Origin: a virus
Length of the DNA stretch: 9,499 nt
Strand: one strand, 5' to 3'
IMG/VR virus record: IMGVR_UViG_3300009662_000082
Span: 1-9,499 of that record
Part shown: positions 1 through 6,314 of the stretch, one piece after another
Layout of the letters: each line of letters begins with the position of its first letter
Numbering within the stretch: the first letter of the stretch is position 1
The notes under the pieces: generated by a model
Told to the model about the DNA's origin: nothing
What the model saw: the letters and a program-made list of their open reading frames with translations, nothing else
Database searches by the model: none
Position numbers and translations under genes: made by a program

Positions 1-123
1 AGATGAATCATTGGTTAAAAGCATCGCAGACAATGTTATGCGCACTGTATTGGCTGATTTCTCCAATCAGGCTGTTATTAGGCAACGCAGTAAACTTCAA
101 TTTTTAACATTCAGGCGTAACCC
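1..123 (+). repeat. Terminal direct repeat, left copy (identical to 9377-9499)
   Basis: Base-by-base comparison: agatgaatcattggttaaaagc...ttcaggcgtaaccc is present at both window ends. Confidence 0.97.
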
Positions 124-193
124 TGAAGCCATTGCGCCTAGTTGGGCATTCCGTAAGCCTGGCTCTGTTCCTGGCTTTCCAACACTGAGATAA
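1..193 (+). CDS. 3' part of a junction-spanning 85-aa hypothetical protein (same ORF as 9312-9499)
   Basis: The frame is open from the window edge (..DESLVKSIADNVMR...GFPTLR) to stop TAA 191-193. The identical sequence at 9377-9499 lies in frame with ATG 9312. Confidence 0.55.
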   Translation, partial: DESLVKSIADNVMRTVLADFSNQAVIRQRSKLQFLTFRRNPEAIAPSWAFRKPGSVPGFPTLR

Positions 194-203
194 GGGCAAC
201 ACC

Positions 204-497
204 ATGTCGAATACTATTGTGGTTGAAGTAACTGGCAACTTCCGTAGCGGTACTGCTGCAAAATCCGGAAAGCCTTATTGCATGTTCGAGGCGTACGCTC
301 ATCTTCCGAATATTCCGTACCCTCAAAAATGTACTTTTTACGCTGAAACTCCTCAGCAGGTGCCTCAGCCTGGTAAATATGAGTGCGATGTGATTGCTCA
401 AGTTCGGGATGATCGCCTTATGTTTGAAGTCGATCCTCGCCAAGGTCGTCGTGTTAGCAGCGGCGCGCCACAAGCAGGTGCCGTTAAAAGTGCCTGA
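204..497 (+). CDS. gV-like ssDNA-binding (helix-destabilising) protein, 97 aa
   Basis: Small protein directly upstream of the coat genes. The pattern RSGTAAKSGKPYCMFEAYAHL...YP...PGKYECD parallels Ff gpV (RSGVSRQGKPYSLNEQLCYV...YP...PGLYTV). AGGG lies about 7 nt before the ATG. Confidence 0.75.
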   Translation: MSNTIVVEVTGNFRSGTAAKSGKPYCMFEAYAHLPNIPYPQKCTFYAETPQQVPQPGKYECDVIAQVRDDRLMFEVDPRQGRRVSSGAPQAGAVKSA

Positions 498-510
498 GGG
501 TTAAATCTTA

Positions 511-735
511 ATGTCTGATTTTGTTCGCTGCACTGGCGAGCTAAAAACTGAGGGTGGTTTTCCTCAGTGTTCGGGATCTTGGGAGGCTGTTCAAGTTCAA
601 CCTCCTTTTGATCCATCCCAGCTAGATCCAATTATCTTGGGTCAAGCATTCGGCGCTGGATTTACTTTGGTAGCAACTTTCATGGTTTTCTCCATGGGAG
701 TCCGTGCGTTTCTAAACTTCATCAAAACAAGTTGA
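511..735 (+). CDS. Small membrane protein, possible minor coat or assembly protein (74 aa)
   Basis: Sits between the gV-like and gVIII-like genes, where Ff has gVII/gIX. One C-terminal hydrophobic helix (GAGFTLVATFMVFSMGV). Confidence 0.55.
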   Translation: MSDFVRCTGELKTEGGFPQCSGSWEAVQVQPPFDPSQLDPIILGQAFGAGFTLVATFMVFSMGVRAFLNFIKTS

Positions 736-742
736 GGCTTAC

Positions 743-964
743 ATGCTTAAAAAAATCGGCAAAAAAAGTATCGCTGCTGTCTTCTTCACTGCTGCAATCT
801 CGGCCAATGCCTTTGCAGCCGGAGCAACTTGGGATTATTCGACGCTGACTTCAAGCGTTGATTTTTCGACGATCAGCGTTGGTGTTCTTGCTGTAGCCGC
901 TTTGCTCGCTGCTGTTTATGCCGGTATCAAAGGCGCGAAAATCGTTCTCGCTTTCTTACGTTAA
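743..964 (+). CDS. gVIII-like major coat protein precursor (73 aa: 25-aa signal peptide plus 48-aa mature protein)
   Basis: Signal peptide MLKKIGKKSIAAVFFTAAISANAFA with an AxA cleavage motif. The mature part has an acidic/polar N-terminus, a hydrophobic core (ISVGVLAVAALLAAVYAG) and a basic C-terminus (IKGAKIVLAFLR). GAGG lies 5 nt before the ATG. Confidence 0.88.
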   Translation: MLKKIGKKSIAAVFFTAAISANAFAAGATWDYSTLTSSVDFSTISVGVLAVAALLAAVYAGIKGAKIVLAFLR

Positions 965-980
965 AAGCCTTTGCGTGACA

Positions 981-1007
981 AAGGGCTCTTTTTGAGCCCT
1001 TTTTTTT
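981..1007 (+). terminator. Rho-independent terminator after the major coat gene
   Basis: 8-bp stem aagggctc (981-988) / gagccctt (994-1001), loop ttttt, then a T-run to 1007. An alternative overlapping stem is cctttg (968-973) / caaagg (979-984). Ff phages also have a terminator after gene VIII. Confidence 0.8.
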
Positions 1008-1019
1008 AAGGGGATTCTC

Positions 1020-1094
1020 ATGGACCAACTCTACTATTTCGCAATGTTTGTCATTGGCTCAAGTTGTGCTTTTGCCGTTTTTTGGGGTTGGTAA
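1020..1094 (+). CDS. Candidate 24-aa hydrophobic micro-ORF (MDQLYYFAMFVIGSSCAFAVFWGW)
   Basis: Below the ORF-track size cutoff. A strong SD, AAGGGGA (1008-1014), lies 5 nt before ATG 1020. Stop TAA 1092-1094 is 1 nt before the gIII-like ATG 1096. Size and hydrophobicity resemble Ff gVII/gIX-class proteins. Confidence 0.3.
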   Translation: MDQLYYFAMFVIGSSCAFAVFWGW

Positions 1095-1095
1095 A

Positions 1096-2529
1096 ATGAA
1101 AAAAATACTCAATATTTTTGTTTTGTTTTTTCTAGCATCTTTCTTTTTCGCAAATTTTGCTCAAGCACAAACCACTTATAAATATAGTTGCGATCATCCT
1201 ATGAGTTATGCTGGTGGTTATAATTGTCCAGACCCGAGTTATAAATTTACTGATCCTGTTGAAGCTGCTGAAAGCGCAATTACAAGCTATAAGGCGTGGT
1301 GGAAAGACCAAGTTTATAAAGAGAAATTCGTTAGTTTTTCTAAAACCTCTCCAGAATGTTCTTACTGGGATCCTAACACTCCGCAATATTACGTTTTGCG
1401 GTGTACCTATCGATACAGAATCACCTATGTCGATACCGTCGGTGGACCTTGGATTCAAACGGCTTATACAGATTCATTTGTTTTTGTTGTTCGTGAGCAT
1501 CCGTGCGAATTCAACGTTGCTTTAAAGGGTACTCTTGGGGCTGTCATTTCCTCCTCTCAATCTGATGGAAAAAAATATATTCTTTCCCAGAATCCTGGAG
1601 AGCCGGCTTGTGTAAGCACTTGCTCTTATAATCTTGATCGTCAGGACAAATGCTATTTAACTATCGGTTCTGAAACTGAAGGGTTTTGTAACTACAATTA
1701 TAAGCTTGGGCTGGACGCATCAGGTAACGAACAAAGATGTCAGACCAATCCGTCTATTAAACCGGCGGAAATCGGTGATGAAATAACTGACAAATGCTCG
1801 GATGGTTACGAATTCGCCAATGGTTCCAAAATGTGCACGCTTATTCCTTGTCCTGAAGGTTCCGAGCGTTTGGAGGGAAGTGAAACCTGTACTCCAATAC
1901 CAAAACAACCTGGTGGTGGAGGTTCTAGCGGTGATGGTGGAACAGGTGGCAGTACGGGCGGTGGAACAGGTGGCGGCACTGGCGGTTCTGGCGGCGGAAC
2001 AGGTGGTGGTACTAGTGGCACTGGTGGCGGTACTGGCAGTGATGGTGGAACTGGCGGCGGCACTGGCGGTACTGGCGGCGGAACAGGTGGTGGTACTAGT
2101 GGTACTGGTGGCGGTACTGGCAGTGATGGTGGAACTGGCGGCGGCACTGGCGGTACTGGCGGCGACACTGGTGGTGATGGTGTTACAGGCGGCGGTACTG
2201 GCGGTGATGGTGGTGGTGAAACTTTTACTCCACCAGGTCCTCTTGATTTGTCGGCTTCTGTTGCTGGACGTGGTGCGCAAGCAAAATCACAGCTCATTGA
2301 TATGAAACAAAAAATGGTTGCATCCAGTACATTCACTACTGCGAAATCTGCTTTCAGCGGTTCTTCTCATGCTGCTGCTGTTTGTCCTGTTGGTTCTGTA
2401 TCTCTTTTTTCAAAAGAAATTGTTTTTGATAGTCACTGCAAGTTATTTGCTCTCATATCGCCAATTTTGAAAGCAGTGTTTATTGCTGTTTGGTCCTTTC
2501 TTGCCGTTCGTATCATCCTGACAGCTTGA
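1096..2529 (+). CDS. gIII-like minor coat / host adsorption protein (477 aa from ATG 1096; the ORF track starts at TTG 1048)
   Basis: Signal peptide MKKILNIFVLFFLASFFFANFAQA. Cys-rich N-terminal domains, a long GGTGG(S/T) glycine linker (about 1912-2217), and a C-terminal hydrophobic anchor (ISPILKAVFIAVWSFLAVRIIL). Positioned after gVIII as in Ff. Confidence 0.85.
   Translation: MKKILNIFVLFFLASFFFANFAQAQTTYKYSCDHPMSYAGGYNCPDPSYKFTDPVEAAESAITSYKAWWKDQVYKEKFVSFSKTSPECSYWDPNTPQYYVLRCTYRYRITYVDTVGGPWIQTAYTDSFVFVVREHPCEFNVALKGTLGAVISSSQSDGKKYILSQNPGEPACVSTCSYNLDRQDKCYLTIGSETEGFCNYNYKLGLDASGNEQRCQTNPSIKPAEIGDEITDKCSDGYEFANGSKMCTLIPCPEGSERLEGSETCTPIPKQPGGGGSSGDGGTGGSTGGGTGGGTGGSGGGTGGGTSGTGGGTGSDGGTGGGTGGTGGGTGGGTSGTGGGTGSDGGTGGGTGGTGGDTGGDGVTGGGTGGDGGGETFTPPGPLDLSASVAGRGAQAKSQLIDMKQKMVASSTFTTAKSAFSGSSHAAAVCPVGSVSLFSKEIVFDSHCKLFALISPILKAVFIAVWSFLAVRIILTA
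1993..2160 (+). repeat. Tandem 84-bp (28-codon) duplication inside the glycine linker
   Basis: 1993-2076 and 2077-2160 differ at one base (ggc at 2017-2019 versus ggt at 2101-2103). Both encode GGTGGGTSGTGGGTGSDGGTGGGTGGTG. Confidence 0.9.
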
Positions 2530-2537
2530 GGTGATTT

Positions 2538-2825
2538 ATGTTGTCCACACTTGCTTCTTGGTTCAAATCAATTTTCGAGCAGATTGCAACTTGGATAATC
2601 GACATCTTTTTTCTGGTGCTCGGTTGGATGTGGGATGCATTTATTTTCCTTCTCGATTCTTTAGGTTTGGCTGATCAAATTCGTACTTCTGCAACCGCTT
2701 TTGATGGTATTCCTGATTCGGTCTGGTATTTCATGAACATGTTTCAGATTCAGTTTGGTCTGGGCTTGATAATTGTTGCCTACCTTATTCGGTTCATGAT
2801 TCGTCGTATTCCGGTGATTGGCTGA
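2538..2825 (+). CDS. gVI-like minor coat / membrane protein (95 aa)
   Basis: Very hydrophobic, with multiple predicted TM helices. Lies between the gIII-like and gI-like genes. SD GAGGTGA precedes the ATG. The stop overlaps the next ATG (gcTGATGg). Confidence 0.7.
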   Translation: MLSTLASWFKSIFEQIATWIIDIFFLVLGWMWDAFIFLLDSLGLADQIRTSATAFDGIPDSVWYFMNMFQIQFGLGLIIVAYLIRFMIRRIPVIG

Positions 2826-3916
2826 TGGCTGTACATGCTTATGTTGGTAAGCCAGGACATGGCAAGACCTATGGTGTTACTGAGCGAGTTGTTATTCCAT
2901 CGCTTAAACAAGGTCGTCATGTTGTAACCAACATCCCCTTAAATATTGATGACTTGCTTGCTGATTTTGGCGGAACAATTCAGCAGCTTCCAGAAGACTG
3001 GTTTGAACTGCCTGACTTGGCCGAATACGTGTTACCTGGGTGTGTTTTGATTATTGACGAAGCATGGCGTCGCTGGCCTCAAGGCCAGAAAGCTAATCAG
3101 GCTAATCCTTGGGATAAGACTTTACTGGCTGAACATCGACACATGGTTGATTCCAAAAACAATTCGATGCGCATTGTCATCGTTACTCAGGATCTTTCTC
3201 AGATTCCCAGCTGGGCAAGAACCCTTATTGAAACAACATTCCGCGTTGTTAAGATCTCCAAGAAAATTTATCGGGTCGATGTTTATTCCGGTGTTGTTAC
3301 TGGCGATAAACCTCCAGTTTCTAATAGGATTCGGCAATTTCCGGGGCGTTTTGACAAAACCATTCAATCCTATTATCAGTCTGCAACACATTCTGCTACT
3401 GGTACTGTTGGTGATGAATCTGTTGCTGACAAGAGTGCGTCTTTTCTGCGCTCGTATGGCTTGTGGTCATTAATTATTGTTGCTGTTGTTGGCTTGCTCA
3501 TTGGCATTTTCGGGATTAAGAGTTTTTTCAAAAAACCTGAAACCCAGACACATCAAGATTCCCCTCAGAAAAAGACTGTTACTGAGGTTCAGACTCCTAA
3601 AATTGTTCCTGTTCCGCCACCTATTATTTACTCTGATTCTTGGAGATTAACCGGTTTCGTCCATCCTTCTGAACCTGATCCAAATGCCAAGCGTGATTCT
3701 TCTGTGGCTGTACTTATCGATAATGCTGGTCACTTGCGTTACATATCTTTTTCAGCCTGTCGTTTCTTCTCTGATTTCAAAGAGGCTTATTGCGACATCG
3801 ATGGTGAACGTGTCACTACCTGGACAACACAAAAAACTTCTTTTTCCATGCCGCCCATTATAAGTGGCTTAGGCGGTGGAGCTGCTCAGCGTAGCGCAAG
3901 CAGCCCATCCGGCTAA
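2825..3916 (+). CDS. gI / Zot-like assembly ATPase (363 aa)
   Basis: N-terminal Walker A GKPGHGKT and Walker B-like VLIIDEAW. A single mid-protein TM helix (LWSLIIVAVVGLLIGIFGI) and a periplasmic C-terminal domain, which is the Zot/pI architecture. Confidence 0.9.
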   Translation: MAVHAYVGKPGHGKTYGVTERVVIPSLKQGRHVVTNIPLNIDDLLADFGGTIQQLPEDWFELPDLAEYVLPGCVLIIDEAWRRWPQGQKANQANPWDKTLLAEHRHMVDSKNNSMRIVIVTQDLSQIPSWARTLIETTFRVVKISKKIYRVDVYSGVVTGDKPPVSNRIRQFPGRFDKTIQSYYQSATHSATGTVGDESVADKSASFLRSYGLWSLIIVAVVGLLIGIFGIKSFFKKPETQTHQDSPQKKTVTEVQTPKIVPVPPPIIYSDSWRLTGFVHPSEPDPNAKRDSSVAVLIDNAGHLRYISFSACRFFSDFKEAYCDIDGERVTTWTTQKTSFSMPPIISGLGGGAAQRSASSPSG

Positions 3917-3940
3917 GCTAATTTTTATCTAGGTATCTTT

Positions 3941-5170
3941 ATGAAAACTTTGTGTTCAATGATGTGTGTCGTTCTTTTCGCTGCATGTTTTTCAGTTTTT
4001 GCAGATGATGAAAGGATGAATTTCGATTTTGACGCTATTCCCTCGAAAACTGCCTTACAGCTTATTGCTGATTTTGCCCGTCTTAATTTGGTTGGTGCGG
4101 ATGATGTCGATGGCTCGATTACGATGCGAATGAAGTCTGTTACTTGGCAGAAGGCTTTGGAGTATGTTGTCAAAACTAAGAGCCTTCATTATGAAATCGA
4201 GGGCAACGTTTTATATGTATCTCGTGATCCAAAGTATTTCGTTCCTCTGGATTCTCCTTTGCCAGTGAGCAAGGATGACAACAAGAATACGATTTTTAAT
4301 ATAAAACATATGCTTGCATCTGAAGCTATTGCTGGTTTTCCGCTTTTTTCCAAAGAATTCAATCAAGAATCGCTTGCTGCTAATGATGCTTCTGGTGTGG
4401 TTTTGGCTCGCCTTTCCCCATCCCGGCTCGAAGAGCTGGCCTCGTATCTAAAAGCCGTAGATTTTCCGCGAGCTCAATTAATGATTGAGGCACGCATTGT
4501 TGAGGTAGACCGATCTTTTTCCAAACAACTTGGTGTTGATTGGTCTGGAACCATCAAGGCCGGAAATTTTATAGGAAAAACTGCCAGTACTTTTGTTGAT
4601 ACCGGTTCTTTGCCTGTTAGTGGTGGCATTGGCTTTGTCTCCAGTTCTGCGATTCTAGATCTGGAATTAGCTGCGATGGAGAAGGGTGGTTATGGAAAGG
4701 TGATCTCTCGACCAAATGTCTTTGCTCGTGATAAGCAACAAGCTCGGATCGTAAAAGGTACCGAGGTTCCTTATCAGCAGACTGCAGGGCAGGGGGCTAC
4801 ATCCACCTCATTTAAGGAGGCTGTGCTTTCTCTCGATGTGACTCCGTTTATCGATGACACTGGCGTAAGGCTCGACATCAAGCTTGCCAAGGATGAGCCT
4901 GATTTTGCTAATGCACTCAATGGTGTTCCGCCTATCAAAACTGTTTCTCTAGCCTCAAATGTCCGAGTAAAGCTCGGCACAACCGTTGCCCTTTGTGGTG
5001 TGTACTCGACGATTGAGACAACCCAGGAGCATCGCGTTCCTGGTCTAGCTTCAATCCCATTTCTTGGCCGGATTTTTCGTTATGAAACGCAATCGACTTC
5101 AACAGCGGAACTGATTCTTTTCATTACTCCAACCTTGGTGCCAGCGGCTGATGTCGCTCAAGTCATGTAG
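3941..5170 (+). CDS. gIV-like secretin (409 aa), with a PilQ-like N-domain
   Basis: Signal peptide MKTLCSMMCVVLFAACFSVFA. The secretin C-domain shows GKVISRPNVFARDKQQARIVKGTEVPY and the C-terminal motif VPGLASIPFLGRIFRY...LILFITPTLV. Confidence 0.9.
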   Translation: MKTLCSMMCVVLFAACFSVFADDERMNFDFDAIPSKTALQLIADFARLNLVGADDVDGSITMRMKSVTWQKALEYVVKTKSLHYEIEGNVLYVSRDPKYFVPLDSPLPVSKDDNKNTIFNIKHMLASEAIAGFPLFSKEFNQESLAANDASGVVLARLSPSRLEELASYLKAVDFPRAQLMIEARIVEVDRSFSKQLGVDWSGTIKAGNFIGKTASTFVDTGSLPVSGGIGFVSSSAILDLELAAMEKGGYGKVISRPNVFARDKQQARIVKGTEVPYQQTAGQGATSTSFKEAVLSLDVTPFIDDTGVRLDIKLAKDEPDFANALNGVPPIKTVSLASNVRVKLGTTVALCGVYSTIETTQEHRVPGLASIPFLGRIFRYETQSTSTAELILFITPTLVPAADVAQVM

Positions 5171-5194
5171 TGCTGATGAGTTCATAGAGCTTAT

Positions 5195-5236
5195 AGTTAT
5201 AACTAAACTAAATGCTTCTTTAGTTTAGTTATAACT
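5195..5236. repeat. Perfect AT-rich 18-bp inverted repeat (hairpin); candidate packaging signal or bidirectional stop
   Basis: agttataactaaactaaa (5195-5212), loop tgcttc, tttagtttagttataact (5219-5236). Lies 25 nt after the secretin stop, between convergent genes. Confidence 0.9.
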
Positions 5237-5293
5237 TTAATTGCTTTGGCGGAGCAGGGCAGCGGGCAAATCCCACATTCCAAATAACTTGTC

Positions 5294-5599
5294 TTAATCT
5301 CTTCGTTTTCCTACGACTATAGCTCCGCGGCTGATTGAGAACCCGACATCACCAACGTAGGTCCCATTCGTTGCTATAGAGCTTTCCGATGTGCCTAAGG
5401 AAATCGGAAGGATGTTTACTACGTCATAGCCTTCGGCATCGTAGTCGTTGTAGACAGCTTCGAGCTGTTTGGCCATTTCGTCGACGTCTACCGTTCTTGG
5501 GTCGTAGACATCCTTGGTCGACATTCCCAAAATTCCGCTGGATACCTTTTTAGTTTTTAGGGCGCTGTAGAACCAGGTGGTGATGAATTTTTTCGACAT
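5294..5599 (-). CDS. Hypothetical cargo protein, 101 aa (MSKKFITTWFYSALK...AIVVGKRRD)
   Basis: ATG 5599 is preceded by a strong SD (AAGGAG, 6 nt spacer). The longer 122-aa ORF-track form starts at a GTG without an SD. No TM segment or signal peptide, and no family I can name. Confidence 0.6.
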   Translation of the reverse strand: MSKKFITTWFYSALKTKKVSSGILGMSTKDVYDPRTVDVDEMAKQLEAVYNDYDAEGYDVVNILPISLGTSESSIATNGTYVGDVGFSISRGAIVVGKRRD

Positions 5600-5715
5600 T
5601 GATAGCTCCTTGGGCTTTACGTTTAGGTTCTTCGTTGAACCGAACGGCTTAAAGGCTATCACGATCGATAATGGCTATACGATGTCACTCGCGGTGATTG
5701 GTTTTTTCGCTGAGG

Positions 5716-5907
5716 CTACGGACGAACTACCGTCAGGATGATCGTGCCATCAGGTTGTTTTTCTATGTCCAGTTTGTCACCGGTGGTTAGCCCGGTAGCC
5801 GCTAGCAGATCATCAGGCAAGGGTATGATCAGGTCGCCACTGCCATCAGCGGCGTCTTCGCAGGTGACAATCCATCGTTTGTTTTCAACGCTTGGTGAAT
5901 GGTTCAT
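5716..5907 (-). CDS. AbrB/MazE/SpoVT-fold DNA-binding protein, 63 aa
   Basis: DLIIPLPDDLLAATGLTTGDKLDIEKQPDGTIILTVV fits the swapped-hairpin AbrB/MazE pattern (IP....LG...GD.L......G.I.L). I chose start ATG 5907. The 42-aa upstream extension of the track ORF looks non-protein-like and runs into the dif-like site. Confidence 0.6.
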   Translation of the reverse strand: MNHSPSVENKRWIVTCEDAADGSGDLIIPLPDDLLAATGLTTGDKLDIEKQPDGTIILTVVRP

Positions 5908-6024
5908 AGTTTTGATCCCGTGATGGCCAGAAGCTGATGATGCCTGTCTACCTTGTAAAAGGCAGTAGCAGGTCGCGTCAGGCTTAAAATCTGACCACCA
6001 GACGCTCCCACGTCCGTATAGGAC

Positions 6025-6142
6025 GGTACGCATAATATCGATGACGTTATGGTAGCTATGCCGTCGTTTTCGACGAATTTAGCGCCGGGATAATGGCGAA
6101 GCCCCGGCGCTGAATTTATCCATAACGTCCATTATGCGAGGC
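6025..6142. other. Candidate XerCD-type attachment region: two inverted dif-like sites able to form a forked hairpin
   Basis: Site A, + strand: GGTACGCATAA (6025-6035), 11-nt spacer, TTATGGTAGCT (6047-6057). Site B, - strand: GCCTCGCATAA (6142-6132), 6-nt spacer TGGACG, TTATGGATAAA (6125-6115). Compare E. coli dif, GGTGCGCATAA-TGTATA-TTATGTTAAAT. In ssDNA, 6029-6036 pairs with 6131-6138 and 6043-6052 pairs with 6120-6129. Confidence 0.45.
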
Positions 6143-6177
6143 GTAGATTTAGAGATTCTTGTGCTCAGATCGCCTTT

Positions 6178-6206
6178 CTATAATCGCTCTATAATCGCCT
6201 ATAAAG
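6178..6206 (+). repeat. Tandem CTATAATCGC repeats (2 perfect copies plus the partial CTATAAAG) at an 11/10-bp period; possible promoter -10 elements or iterons
   Basis: ctataatcgc at 6178-6187 and 6189-6198, then ctataaag at 6199-6206. Each carries TATAAT or TATAAA. TTGTGC (6159-6164) lies 15 nt upstream of the first TATAAT. Confidence 0.8.
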
Positions 6207-6241
6207 TCAGCTTTCTGCCTGCTGCAGGAGATGCCTCACTG

Positions 6242-6264
6242 AAAAGTTTCACGCTGGAACTTTA
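6242..6264 (-). repeat. 23-bp palindrome family, copy 1 (inverted orientation, 21/23 match)
   Basis: aaaagtttcacgctggaacttta. It matches the reverse complement of the consensus (central cgc rather than gcg) and lies just upstream of the HAD gene. Confidence 0.85.
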
Positions 6265-6314
6265 TAGATCGGTGAGCTTTTTTGTCTTTTAAGCATTCCG
6301 CTGAGCTCTTACTT

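Noticed and set aside
36-46. A perfect XerC-arm-like 11-mer on the minus strand (AGTGCGCATAA), also present at 9412-9422
   Set aside because: No XerD-like arm follows at 6-8 nt (CTGCGATGCTT, about 4/11). It lies inside a coding frame and is most likely a chance half-site.
1720-2336. Three long alternative-frame or antisense ORFs across the glycine-repeat region (186 aa, 167 aa, and a Pro-rich 176 aa)
   Set aside because: They are mirror or shifted readings of the GGN-rich repeat (GGT/GGC read as ACC/GCC/CCA and so on). They are low-complexity, have no SD, and lie entirely within the well-supported gIII-like gene.
5174-5181. CTGATGAG, the hammerhead ribozyme core box, just after the secretin stop
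   Set aside because: I found no matching CGAAA box or helices I-III around it. It is an isolated 8-mer.
5600-5662. N-terminal extension of the 101-aa cargo ORF (122-aa form in the ORF track)
   Set aside because: The extension starts at a GTG without an SD, whereas ATG 5599 has AAGGAG at ideal spacing.
5908-6033. N-terminal extension of the AbrB-fold ORF (105-aa form)
   Set aside because: The 42 extra residues (Trp/Cys/Gly/Ser-rich) look non-protein-like. No SD precedes ATG 6033, and the extension overlaps the hairpin-rich stretch and the XerC-like arm.
6134-6292. 52-aa + strand ORF (MRGVDLEILVLRSPFYNRSIIAYK...) upstream of the HAD gene
   Set aside because: It has no SD. It reads through the tandem TATAAT repeats and palindrome copy 1, so it is better explained as regulatory DNA.
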